Shown: piece by piece, positions 9,625-23,100 of the stretch
Numbering within the stretch: position 1 is the first letter of the stretch
Layout: each line of letters starts with the position of its first letter
Assembly: GCA_964473285.1 (NCBI GenBank)
Contig: CAYYOI010000001.1
Location: 1,689-65,688, forward strand
Direction of reading: 5' to 3'
Length of the DNA: 64,000 nucleotides
Source: an uncultured Methanosarcinales archaeon
Lineage (GTDB): Archaea > Nanobdellota > Nanobdellia > Woesearchaeales > JACJVW01
Translations under genes and position numbers: made by a program
The notes under the pieces: generated by a model
The model's database searches: none
The model's input: only the letters and a program-made list of their open reading frames with translations
What the model was told of the DNA's origin: nothing

Positions 9625-11130
9625 TTATGGTGGGTTTTTTCTCATATTTTCAGGTCTATAGAACTGATCAGGATTCTGCCGGGATTGCTGATATGGGGAA
9701 GATTGACCAGGGTTTTGAAATGGCTGGCTTTGTGTGGACTGTGCCTGCCGGAATTCCTGACCTGTTTTTGGATTTTGTGGACGCTGGTAGAACTGGGCTG
9801 GAGGTGCCTGTCCTTGCTGGAATTGCTGGTTTTGGGCAGGTTGATTCTGCTGAGGCTGCATTTGTGGGGGGGGGTTTTGCTGCTGGGATTGTTTTCTTCT
9901 TGTGAAGATAAACATCCAGGCTACATTTATCGCTATGAGAACAACTATAAGGATTATAAGGACTGTGTTTCCGTCTGTTTCTTCACTGTCTGCAATCACT
10001 TTTGCAGTAGGAGAAAAGTCTGTGACAATCTCGTTTAATGTTACTGTCGCATTGAAAAGCTTCTCAGTGACCTTTTCTTCATAATTTACCTGTAGTTTTA
10101 TGTCATATTCACCGGGAGAGATATCTTTAGTGTCCCAATAGGCATTAACCTTCTCTACTGAGCCTGGCGCGATGGAAACAGATGATGTCTTGAAATCAGC
10201 ATATTCTTTCCCTTGCTTGTCAAGGACAAACAGATGAGCATAAACATCATTTATAGGCCTGTTCCAGCGATTCATGAGGTCTATCTGGAATTTGGCGATA
10301 TCACCGTGCTTGAAGTCGGGAACATCAACATCAACAACCTCCACCCGCATGCTTCCAACATAGAAATTCTTCTTTACAGTAAAGGATTTGTCATCATAGG
10401 TAACTGTTGCGATGGCATGGTAGAGTCCAGGGCTGACATCTGCCTTCCATCTTGATAGAAGCTTTACTTCATCCTGTACTGAAAGGCTTTCGGATTGGGT
10501 AAGAACTGTTGCGAGCACCTCATTCGTTGGGCCCCGGACCTCAATTGAAGCCTGGATATCCTGGATCTTCTCGCTACCGAAGTTATAGACTGGTAACTTG
10601 AAACCTGCATAGCCCCCAACATCAGCATCCTCAATAAAAAGCTTGCCTTCTGCATACTTATCAGGGTAGGGCACAAACACTGAAAGTTTTGATACAACTG
10701 CAGTTGTTGCCTGAACAACTGTTCCTTTCTCTTCAGACTCAAAGACAACCTGCGAGTCATCTATTACCACCGCTGAGCCTGCATCATCAGGGATATGCAT
10801 GGCAACAAGGTCAATCTCATGAACCCCTGGCTGGTCTATCTTTTCAGGCAGGGTAAGATTGAAATTGATTGTCTTCTCTTTCTCTCCCTGGGAGAAGCTT
10901 ACTATCGATTTTTTGAAACGAATTGTCTCTGCCAGATCTCCCTTGGGATATACGATGGCTTTCATGGGCTTTCCTTCAGGATTTAGGACCCTGATCTTCA
11001 AAGAATCTTCAAGTGAGGGCTGGAATTCCACGCTCTGTTTTGCAGGAGCTATACCAATACCGTAGGCAGAGCCAGCAAAAAGCAATACAAGGAAAACTAA
11101 CATTACTTTCTTATTCACCGGGCTCACCAT
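9625..11130 (-). CDS. Type-I membrane surface protein with Ig-like/CARDB-like beta domains, one TM and a Pro/Gln-rich low-complexity cytoplasmic tail
   Basis: Signal peptide 'MVSPVNKKVMLVFLVLLFAGSAYG'. TM 'VLIILIVVLIAINVAWMFIF'. Tail 'QQQNPPPQMQPQQNQPAQNQQFQQGQAPPAQ...'. Overlaps the giant-gene stop by 20 nt. Confidence 0.7.
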   Translation of the reverse strand: MVSPVNKKVMLVFLVLLFAGSAYGIGIAPAKQSVEFQPSLEDSLKIRVLNPEGKPMKAIVYPKGDLAETIRFKKSIVSFSQGEKEKTINFNLTLPEKIDQPGVHEIDLVAMHIPDDAGSAVVIDDSQVVFESEEKGTVVQATTAVVSKLSVFVPYPDKYAEGKLFIEDADVGGYAGFKLPVYNFGSEKIQDIQASIEVRGPTNEVLATVLTQSESLSVQDEVKLLSRWKADVSPGLYHAIATVTYDDKSFTVKKNFYVGSMRVEVVDVDVPDFKHGDIAKFQIDLMNRWNRPINDVYAHLFVLDKQGKEYADFKTSSVSIAPGSVEKVNAYWDTKDISPGEYDIKLQVNYEEKVTEKLFNATVTLNEIVTDFSPTAKVIADSEETDGNTVLIILIVVLIAINVAWMFIFTRRKQSQQQNPPPQMQPQQNQPAQNQQFQQGQAPPAQFYQRPQNPKTGQEFRQAQSTQSQPFQNPGQSSPYQQSRQNPDQFYRPENMRKNPP

Positions 11131-14100
11131 AAAATATCAATGTTGACTGTTTCTTACCTGGAGGTTCTTCCCAGGGTACTTCGATTTTTACTTCAATCTC
11201 GGCTTCATCTGAATCATCATGATGGAGGAGTTGTCTTATCATGTATGCATTGGAGGAGACATTTGTCCACTCGGTTACTGACTGGTTGTAATCGAATGAT
11301 GCATATTCTGTTGAATTGCCTGCCTTTATCTGGAAAAAACGGGAGGGACTCCTTGCCATAGGGCTTTCCCAGAGGTCATCCTGAGCAGAAATATTATGGA
11401 TATCAATTATTATGTTTCCATCGTTTCTCACTATGAATGGTTGGGGGGTGGAGCTGTTGGAATCATCTGTCGTTTCTATGCTGTCACCTACACGCTGGAC
11501 ACCGAATGATACATTTTCATTAGCTAGGGAAACTATGATCCTAGACTCTATCGAGAAGTTCCATGGCTCTGACCAGTTACTGTGAACAATGCCATCATAG
11601 GCCTGGATCCTCCAGGAATATATGGAATCATAATCGAGATCCTGAAAAGGGGTGAAGTTGAGATTTGTTATGTTTGTCTTGTTTATCTCATGGACAGAAC
11701 ACTGCAATGGTCCACTGCATTCCTCTAACTCAATGAGGAGGTTATATGATAAATTATCTGCATTGGAATCATATGCTTCTTCCCATGAGAATATTGGCCG
11801 ACGCTCAAATACTGTGAAATTATCTTCCTGGGGGGTCAGCCTTACCGGGATCTCAGGAGGTATATTTTCCTGAAGCCCGACTGTGAAAGTGTTCGTTTGT
11901 GAAGTGTTTTGAATCTCTTCATGCCAGCAGGTAACACTCCAGTTGTGTATCCCCTGGGAAAGATTATTTACAACTGTGTGAGTAACATCCCCACTACTTG
12001 TTATTACAGTAGTGTTTATTTCACCATCCAAAGATAAGTTACAAGTAACCTGTTCTCCCAAAACATCTGTTTTAGGTGTCCAGTTAAAATCAATGTTTTG
12101 GCTTTCAATCCTTTGCCCATCACGCGGATGGTGGAGTTCTATAGGAAGATAATTCACTATCTCAATGGTATCAGAGGCCTGGGATTTCATCGGGCGATAA
12201 AAATCAGTACTCTGGATGTTGCATTGGTAATCGTATGAGCCAAGGCTTGAACTGGAAAGGTCTATCTCATAAGAGGCATAGCCATCTGAACCAGAATAGG
12301 ATGAGCCTAGGTATCCTTCAGGCCCGTAATACTGTACAAGATAAGATGAGATAGGATCTGCAGTATCAGCATCAGTAACACTACATGTGAGGTTTGTCAC
12401 GCCTCTTGGTGTTATACCTGAAGGACTGACCCAATCAACCCTACTATTTCCTGTAAGGTTAAAATAGAGATATGGCACGGTATTGTTTATGTTCTTATTG
12501 GAATCATTTGCCCAAAGCTTTATTGCATGCTTTCCTATGGTCCAGGAATTGTTGGTGCATAAAGTAAGGTTCGTCCAGTTAACAGAATATGGCTTAGGGA
12601 TATCTTGTTCAATAAAATCAGAACTATTGTAGATTGCTCTTGCAGTATCAGGTTCTTCGTCCCACTTTCCGTAAAGGTATAAACATTCTCCCCTTGAAAG
12701 CTCAGTGTCATTGATCCCATATTCCTCAAGCTTGGGAGGATATATGTTTGATGTATTGACTACGTTCAATGAGATATTTGCGGAATCTATTGTTGCATTG
12801 TAGTAGAGCTGGTTTGTGATGTTACAAGTCATGGTGTGGAGTCCTAACTCACTGTCATTGAACTGGTATGTTGCCCATCCTGAAGCATTTGTAATATTAT
12901 TACCAAGATAGACCCCATTCCTGTAATAGGTCACATTGTATCCAGCAATCCCTGTATCATTGAGGTCCTGGACAAAGCATCCTGTTGTGGTGTAGTTTCC
13001 AATGCGAACGCTTGATCTTCTTTGGAATGAGTCTGTGATTCCAGAGTATCCCCACACTTCCATTTGTTGGATTGGTGTCTCATTGGAGTTAAGAGATGTA
13101 TCCCTGGCATATTGCTTCCATCCGTACAGCCCTGGATCTGTATCGGTTGGAACAGAATAATCAATATGTGCCCATGTATCATTTGAATCAAGGGAAATAT
13201 TTGTTACATTTGAAAATACTCCAGTTAGATTTAATGATAGAGTTGCATCTTCAAGTATTGCATTATCAGTCCATCTAACAGAGTAGGTTTCTCCCTGTCC
13301 TTTGTATGTCTTAACTGGCCCTGATATCTCCTTGTAACGTGGTGGATCAAATTCTCTTACGAATACAGTCTCATGAGATATATTCCGGTGATCAACCTTA
13401 TAGAGGGATGTTTCTGAGATATTACAGGTGAGATCATAGAGGCCATAGGTTGATGGCTCATAGATATAGGCAATCTCTCCTGCTTCATTGGTTGTTGACT
13501 GGTAGATGGGATAATCATCAGAATACAATGATACGGTATAACCTGGAATGGAGGACTGATTTGTCTCGTCAATTATTGAGCAAGTAATCCTGACTGAATC
13601 ATTTAGATCAATCTCTGTCTGGTTAATGCTCAAGTCATCCACCGTAGCAAGTCCATAGACGTTGAATGATAGATAAGGGAGAGTATCATTCCAAAAGCCG
13701 CTCGGATTATTTGCTTCAATACGCGTGACATGCTTACCAAGCAACCAGTTTGCTGAAGGGTTGAATGTATAATTGGTCCAGTTGTGCGGATTGGATTCAG
13801 AAAGTGTTATTTCATCTGATACCATACCTGGAATGGTTGCATTATAAAATACGTTTGCCTCGCCTATCTCCTGGTCCCAACGTGCAAATATGGTTGTATC
13901 CTGTGAATTCCTTATGACGTCATTTGTTGATAGTCCATAGATTGCTTCATGAAGATGAGGGAAATCATATTGCCTGTTGATAACATGGAAAAGAGATTCA
14001 TCAGATTTGGTGAATAGGCTATCATCTACTGTAAATACAACTGGGTAGTCTCCAGTGGAGGTCATGTTTACTGCATATGAAAGTGTCAATTTTGTATCAA

Positions 14101-17100
14101 CAGGTACTGTTCCTCTTGCATTCCACATGACTGTTCCATTGAAGGTTCCATTGTATTCATTCCCACCATATCCTATCTTATACCAGATGTCCTGGCTTTC
14201 GTTCAAATGCCAGGTTTGGTTGAGCCCGGCATGTGAGAAATCACTCTCAGATATGTTCCAATCCTGTGAATCGAAATGATTCTTCATCTCAATCTCTATC
14301 CGATATGATTCATTTCCAAAAAGTGTGAATGTCTTTGCTAGTCCTGAGTCAATAAGAGTTCCGCTTGAATATCGTGTTGTCTCATTCACTTCATAGATAC
14401 GTATATCCTCTATTGTCACGTATGTTTGCGGACCAAGAATTGTGAACTCATCATATCCTTCGTATACTCCTTCACTTGCTTGGATGGGTTCACCATAAGG
14501 AGTCTGCATATAAGCATATACCCTATAGGTGCCACCTTCAGAATTTTTGGTATCCCAAGGATTCCAAATCTTTTCAAGATCAAAGATGGTATCAGCGTTA
14601 ACTGTTTTTTCAATCCCGTTTATATGGGTATCAATTGTCTGCCATGTGTCATCATATCGCTGGATCTCTGCAAATACCTCACCCCGGAATGTTTCTGTAG
14701 TGCTTAGGGTATCATCTGCAAATGTTTCCTCTTCACCCATCTCATAATCAATCTCTCCGGTAAGAACTATCTTTATATCATCATATGTGTAGATTGGTGC
14801 TCCGTCTGAAGATATGCGTATCTGATCAAGATCTGTAGGATTGTCAGTGAAATCAAGGTCTTGGACAGTTGTTGATTGCCTGTGGTAATCGTACTTGTCA
14901 GCCACATCAAGCCTGTAATCATAATCTCCGGAAACATCCTCTTCTATAATATTGCCTGAGGCAGTGCTTGGATAGCGGGTGATATAATAATCTACAACCA
15001 TCCCTCCCCATGAACTCTCCCTATGAGTATAGATTGCTGGACCTAATCCTGCCACATCATCTGCATCTGTCATTTCTGATGCGTCACCAACACCAATGTG
15101 CTGCCACCAACCATCCCCACTATCAGGAGAGACCATATTGAATGATAAATTGAAAGCTTCCTGTAGCACCGAGAGATTGTGCTTGACACCAGCTGTACCT
15201 TGTACTTGCAGATGATTATTCACAATCTGTGTGTCTGTATCTGTGCCCCATTCTGACCAATTATTTCCAATATCATTCGAATCAGCACGATTGAAATCAT
15301 CGTAGAAATAATAGACTTCTGATTTATCAGAAGGGGCAATACCTGCATCAGGATTATGATAGTAAACGTAATATGAACCATTTCCTCGTGTCTTGAAAAG
15401 TATCCTTGTATTTGAAGAATCAAATGATGAGAGGTTAATCCTTGCAAGCTCAACATTCCCTGTCCCATTGAACCATACAATCCTAAGGTCATTGCCTGAG
15501 GGAAGCATTGAACGGGTATCCATACTTATCTCCATAGTATGACCATCTATGGTATCGTTCAGGATTATTTCCTTTCTTCTCTCGTATGAACCATCCCACC
15601 AGGGCACTGTCTCTATCAAGGTAACGTTCTCATGAAGATCATATGTGGATTCATTCACCTTTACCTGTATACCTCCATCCGCCTTCACTACAAAAGATGA
15701 AAGTGAAGAATGATTAATACTTCCAGAGGTATCTTTTGCAAACACCTGGACATGATAGGTTCCATTAAACCATGTGTCAGAGAACTGTCCTGTAAACAAC
15801 TCACCTGAAGAAAGAGATATATTTGTAGTAGAAGTGTTAGGGTATGTTACCTGGGCCCATGCAGAATCAATGGATGTATCATCTGTTATATTTGCTTGTA
15901 TTGTCTGATTGATGCCATATCCTATCACAGGGTCTATCATAACCTCATGGATGGTTGGCTTAAGTCCCAGATACATCTGTTCATAGCCAACAGAGGGGTT
16001 AGTGTAGTCATCAGGTGAACCCTCATAGGTCGCATTCAATGTGTGTAATCCTAATGAAAGTTCAGGCGTGAAGCTTTTGGTTGCCCACCCCTGCTCATTT
16101 GTGATAGCTGATCCTATTGCCTGATCATCTGTCTCGTCAAAGAAATATATCCTTTCCCCTGAAATTGCGGTGCCATTATCATAAACTAACCTTGCCTGCA
16201 GCTCTATCTCTTCTCCTCTTGATGTATCATTGTCAGAGACAATAAAAGATGAGATCGCTGTTTTTGCGTAAATGTCAATATAGGTATTCTTGAAATCTGA
16301 CTTGACTCCTGATCCAGCTGATTCAGCAGTCACATGTTGCGTACCCAGAGAGGTGGATATGGGAACGTCAAATGTCGCATTATTCCAGAGTACTTCACCA
16401 GCATACAGTAAAGATACATATGAGGAATCTGGTGTTACAAGTCCCCATGAAAGAGGATATGTTGTTATATTGAGATAGGCATCCACAACATCAGAATTGT
16501 TGGAACTCTGTGCAAGATAGCTTATGTCTGCCTGATTTCCACGGGTAATGCTTGATGGCGCGCTGTATTGGGTGATCTCAAATGTTCCCTGTTCACGTAT
16601 CTCTAATTTCTGGTTGAGGATCTCATCCCATACCTTTATCTCTTCACCAGGGTTAATGTACTTGATGGTCACATTCATATCATAGTCTCCAACAGAAGCT
16701 GTTCCTGTACTTATATTATATACTGCAGTAAGGGGACCTGCCAATGTGGCCATATTGCAGTCACTTACACAGGCACAGGATATGTTCTCCGGGCAGTTTA
16801 ATGAGATAGATACATCTGTTAGGTTCCTGCTCCATTCATTTTGCATTGAGAAATTAACGAGTTGTGAGGTGTTGAGATATTGCCGGCTTATATTTGAAAC
16901 AGCAAAATCTTCCCTCAGATTATGAATCAGGATATATTCGCTCCTATTGACACGCAATGGACCATTCAGTAAATCCATCACCACATCCCACTTTAACATG
17001 TAGCTTCCTTCGGCATCCTCAGGGATTGTATAGCCTTCATTCCATTGACGGGTCTTTGTGGTGTTGTATGGGATCTCTCCATAGTGCTTTGTTTCCTGAT

Positions 17101-20100
17101 AGGGCCCAAACCCCACGTAATCCAAAGCGTACTTGTCAAGTAAAGTAAGCGTTACTTCTGAGTCAAGCGCAGTATTATTTGCTGCAAAAAGAGTTATATT
17201 GATCCAATCTATTGTGTCGGTAGTCTCATATTCATCTATTGTATTCTCATGTGTCAGGTTTGCAAGATGCAGATAAGATTGAAGAATATAGAATGTATCA
17301 TAACCTACTATCTGTTCATAATCACTACCAACAATTATCTGATCATCCCTATCAGGATTAGTAGTGTTTCTTACAAGAGAGAACTTCACCCTGTACTTCC
17401 CATGAGGGTATATGCCTGTATTCCAGGGATTATTGTTCCAATCATAGTAATAATCAAGGGTAGTGCCATTGGCAATTGTCTTTATGTCATCTGTTGCAAT
17501 GTCATTTATTGGTACGGGATAAAGGTTTTCCCAATAAAGCCCATTGTAATACTGTATGTTTGCCCACCTGTAACCATTAATTGGTCTATCTCCTGTGTTA
17601 AGTGCCCTGCTTGCTGCCTGGACATCACCATACTCTAGCTGTGTATCATGCAGTTCTCTTAGGGTGAAATTAGTGAGGTAATCGTTACCGTTCATGGCCA
17701 CGCTTACAAACCCTATGGCTGAGGGCTCAAGATCTATATCATAGCTTGCCTGCAATGAGTCATCAACGTACATGGAAAGTGTGCTGGACTCATACCTGAG
17801 CCGGATAGTATGTTTAGACTGTGAATCAATATCTTCTGATGTGGCCTGAAGAAGATTAGGAGTATTGCCTTGTGTCTGAGAGAATATTCCGTCTGTACCT
17901 CCATCGGGAAAATCGTTGCTTATGAGGGCTTCGTAGTAGGTTGAACCTGACTGGACAAAAAGACCAAGCGCGTCATCATCATCACCATGGACTGTCACTT
18001 CAGCTTCAAATTCACTAGGTACTATAGAAGGATAAGCGATCATGTCATCATTGCTGTCATCTATAGTAATACGTTCTTGTGCTGTGTCCCATGTGAAAAG
18101 ACCATTGTTTGCACCACGATCATAGATAACTTCCTCAATATATTCACTTTCCTTATCCTCGCTTACATCATCATAGAAATCAAATACTTCGCTCTTATTC
18201 TCTTGAGTTGGAGGACCATCATAATACATGGTAATTTCGCTTTGGTTTTTGAGCCTGACATATATGCTTGTATTCTTTATCCAGTGGGCCAGTCTTTCGT
18301 TTCCATAGAAAGCAATATCAGAACCATTCGTGTATCTCCAGACTTCAGGATTATCTATCTCAAGTATAACAGTCCTGTTTGTTGCGTTAGTAGTTATGGG
18401 AAGTTTCTTATTCCATTCATAAAAGCGGTCTGATAGATATACATCCTCATGGTTTTGGTAACTATCTTTTTCCAGTTGAGGTGAGACTATAGCAGATCCC
18501 TGGACATCTGCATATACTGTACTCTCTGCCTGTATTCCATCTATGTTCGTAGCAGTAATGTTGAAAGTATAAGTTCCCACATCCCATGTATTACGATATT
18601 CTAAAGAGTCATTGAAGGTAAAAATCTCTTGTGTCCCGTCTGGCCTTGTGAATTTGGTTTCCAGAGAATCTATCCCTCTGGTGTCATTTGCTGAGATATT
18701 CAGATTGATAAGTCCCCCTATTCCTGCATCATTGACTGAAATGTTAGTTATATTTGGTCTTGAGGATATGAACAGATTGCTCTCATCCTCTGAAGGGTTA
18801 AAGTATCTTTCATAGTCTTTTTGGAATATAGTTTTTAAGGTGTGGTTTCCTATTGAGCTCTCCGGCACCTCTATGCTTGCTGAAAATGATCCTTCATCTG
18901 CGATAGCAGAACCGACTTTTGAATCATCAATAAAGATTAGAACTGTACCAGACACATCCTTACCCATATCATCTTTAAGAGTGCCTGAGACCCTGATCTC
19001 ATCTCCAGATGCGGTAACTGGATCAGAGCTTGTATCAAGTACAGTATCCGCAAAAACATAAATTATCTTTTCATTGCTAACGCTGTCTCCTGTAAGGCGC
19101 AATACAAATTTACCATGCTTTTTGGGTGTGACCTGCCATTGAGGTGAACAATCCCCACTGCAGGGATAAGGATTTGATGCAGCAAATACAGTATCACTTT
19201 CACTCATGTTGGTGAAAAACATTGCAAGTGATGTCTTGTAATTGATCGAAATACTATTAAAAATAGGAGTAATTGTCTTGTTGGTCGTTACCATTCGTAC
19301 CTGGTACTGGAGGAAGCGGCGACCATCTGAGGTTATCTGTTGCCCATTGGTTTGTCTTTCCCAGTCGGTCCATGAACTTTTGTCATCTGAGGTTCGTGTA
19401 TAAATACTGAGATTCGTACCTGTAGGTTCATCTGACAGGTATTCAATGGTATCATAATATACAATTGATGCATTTGTATCAAGACTGTCTGAAGTATAAT
19501 TTCCATAAAGGGAAAAACTTACATTTTCATGCTTCCATTTTTGTATTGATACAGGTGTGTTCTCACGGGAAAAGATCCATTCTATCCTCATTTCAGAATC
19601 CCCGTCATTTACCAAATATAATGGACCTGTAGGGGTTTGTGTGGCACTATGTCCCCTGCCCTGGGTTGTATCATTAAACAATGTTGATTCGCTATTTACT
19701 GTTACCATGTAATTATGAAGTCCTTCGTTGTTCCTGGCCTGACCTGATTCACTTAAATCCCCACCCCATCGATTTCGGTCGATAACAAAATCATACTCTG
19801 TAGTCCCGAACCATGTACCTGTTTCATAATGCTCAATGAAATTCCATGAACCAATCCCTATACCTGCTCTCCAGTCATCAGAGTTCCCACGCATTGCAAA
19901 CTCTATTATCTTTGGTTCACTTACGGTATATTCCGAGGTATAGATATATTCAAGTTCAGTGCCTGGCTGACCTACAAACTCACCTCCTGTGATTGAGTAT
20001 GATCCTTCATTGTCAATCCATTTAGAGGTCTCAAGAGATGAGTTCTCAAAATCCTCGAAAAAGTCAAAGACCTTATCACCATCACTGGTATCTTGAGCAC

Positions 20101-23100
20101 CGGGATTCCCGTAATAGACAAATATTGTATCTGTACCTTCCTTTATCTGTGTCCAGAGGATGGCATGATTGCTATCTGATTCCTGGACCCAGTGTGGTAA
20201 GATCTCTTCTTTTTGGGTGGAGGTATTGAGAGAGGTTATCCTGATATCTGAGAAGTCTGTAGCTGAAAAATCAAGGTCATCTGTATCCAGTTCAATCTTT
20301 GCCTGGGATCTGCCAGTAACGTTGAATGACAGACGATGAGGCCATTCCTGATCATACCATGTATTAGTAGATATATCAGGTAGAAGTCTTAGATCATCTG
20401 TTACGCTGATGTTGTTATTCTCAGAATAACTCCTGAATCCATCATATGAATCATCAAGTTCACCTGAACCGCCAATCTTCTTGTACTGGGCGGCAATCTC
20501 ATCAGTACCTGAATATGTACCGTTCATGTGAAAATCAGTGAAAAGGTCATGATAAGGATAATCCGGTTCATCAATAAGCAAGTCTCCTTCATACCAGGAG
20601 ATCGCCCATTCGTTAACTCTGGGGCTGAATGAGGTGTTTGTAGTATTGAGTACTGCTTCTATTGACAAATTATCATAACCAAAAGTGCATCCACTGATGT
20701 CGTATTCAGTTATTTCTTCTGCCACTGGTATCTCGCAGAGGGTGTTTTCACTGAACAGCCGATAAGTAATGTTTGTACTCTCTGGGATATAATGATCTGC
20801 AAAAAAGGTTGTAAAGGAAGCGTTGGAGTCTATGAGTCCTGTAGTAAGGTTTCCAGAGGATTCATACTCGGAAAATTCAGAACTAATATTTACTGTGTGT
20901 GTGTCACTTGTCCTGTTAAGGTAAATGATCCAGTCAAGACCTGCCCTGTTTGCACCATCATTGTCAGAATCACACCATGCCTCTATATAACCATCTGAAT
21001 AAGTATCTGAGGATCCGGTTATCTCATACCCATGATAATCATTGTAGAAACTGAAATAAGTTCCTGAGAATACTCCTTTTGAACGAACCCATAGATCCTG
21101 GGGAAGGAAGTTGTCAAACAGGGAGAGATAATCAAAACCAGGCATGTCCACAATTCCCACATTTTCAGCATCCCTGCTGTCCAGCATGAAAAATGTTCCT
21201 TCAGCCACATCGTCAGTATTAGGTTCCCTTACACCTATAGCCCCATCAAAGTCTCCGTCACTGTCAGGAGTTAGCATACGCCAGTATAGTGTACCATTTG
21301 CAAATGTATCTATGCTTGCAAAGCTTGGATTGTTCTGGTTGTTGAACCATCCGCCACCATCAGTCCAGTATTCTACATATCCTTCACCTTCAGGGAAATT
21401 ATAATGACCGTCGGTCACAACCTGCCATTTGTTGGTATCAAGACTGCCATCATTGAAATCATCGAAAAAAGGAAAGACCTGTTCACCATCGTGATAACTG
21501 CTTTGGCTGGCATCCTGATTTGCATAGTATACCCTGAATGATTCTGTATCATCTATCCTTGGAGCTCTTACCCAGATAGTTGTCTGTGACCTGTTGCAGT
21601 AGCCTTCTTCTATCCAAAAATAGACCTGCTGTTCTGAACCATTTTTCCAGGTGATGCGAAGATCTGAACAATCCCCTTTCATCTTATTCTCATTGATTAG
21701 AGTCCTTGTATCAAGTGTGAATGAGAAAGGATAGTTACCTGGAGACTCTCCTGTAAGAGTTATATCTCTTGAGTGTCTCCAGCATCCGCTCTCCATATAA
21801 TCAAGACAACCTTTCTGAAGTTCTACGCCACCTTTGTGTGTTGCATTGAATATAATATTATGGTGGGAAGAGATGCTTTCATTACTTCTTAGATCATCGT
21901 AATAAGACCTGTTCATATCAACAATTATAGGATCAATTGCTATGAACCAAGGACGAGCTTCATGGAAGGTATTATTTTCATACTCTATCTCTGAAGAGAG
22001 GCTATAGAGATCAGGGGTCTTCAATGGAGGCTGAAGCGTGTAGTTGAGTTGTGCTTCTCCTGAAGATTCCAATGTGATGGTATTGTTATCTATTATTCCT
22101 GTAGAGCTTTCAATTGAGAGGTTGGAAGGGATTTTTTCCTTTAGAGTATATGTACCGTTGTAATATGGCTTTATTGTGATGCTTGCCTTAAATGGGCCCT
22201 GCCAGGGGTCAGTTGTCATAGGAGCATCTCTTATTATCTCAAATGGATAATCCTTTTCCACAAGGAAGGATGAGTGCATGGTGTCATTGATCTTATCAGA
22301 GAGGGCATTTACTTCAAGTCCATACTCTCCTTCTTCTGCTGTATTGTATTCAAATGAATAGATTCCTTTGCTTATCTCTTCTATACTATTAAAAGTTGTA
22401 AGATTTGTGGGACTCTCTATTGTACATGATACATTGGCTGATGAAAGATAACCCTCACTATCAAGAATAACGATTGTTATGTTCGCTTTTTCACCGGGAG
22501 GGTATCTACTCTTGTTGGTGTTTACTGATGCAAGACCTGTCTCGAACTTTTGTGCTGAAAGGTGTGGAACCACCCATCTTATCTCATCATAAAGTCCATT
22601 GGAGTTGGTGTCTACGAAGGAAACATTGTATGAATCCTTGTCTGTTATATCAACCTTAGACCCGTTTATATAATGGTAGAGTCTTGGTTTCAGAATGGGC
22701 TCATCTATCTTTGTTGATGCGCTCACATTGATGTAGTGGAAGGAAGAATTTATGATTATCTCTTTCTTATGTCCCCTCTTTTTCTCTTTCTTGACAGGTG
22801 CGGGGGTAGAATAGGTTACCTTAAGGTCTCCAGTATATTCTGATCGATTTATCTCTCTCTTTTCTAGTCTGATTGTTTTTCCCTGATGAATAAGGCTTAT
22901 GTTGTGGGCTTGTGAAGGTATATCAAGGTTTTCATGTACTAGTTTTTCCCATCTGACTGGTTTTCCTGCTTCTGCCTTTTTTTGCTTTGCTTTTATCTTC
23001 TTTATCAAGATCTCTTCTTTTGTTATGTTTTCTCCTTTTCTTGCGTATATTGTGACGATTGATTCTTGCTCACTACCTGCAGTTACTCTCAAGATGCCAT

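Noticed and set aside
8519-9625. Replication origin adjacent to Orc1/Cdc6.
   Set aside because: There is no intergenic space for ORB repeats or a DUE on either side, because the flanking genes overlap or abut. This is likely an origin-distal paralog.
9627-10084. Plus-strand ORFs with Gly/Leu-rich translations.
   Set aside because: They are antisense to the Pro/Gln-rich tail and Ig-like domains of the 9625..11130 minus-strand gene and reflect low-complexity compositional bias.
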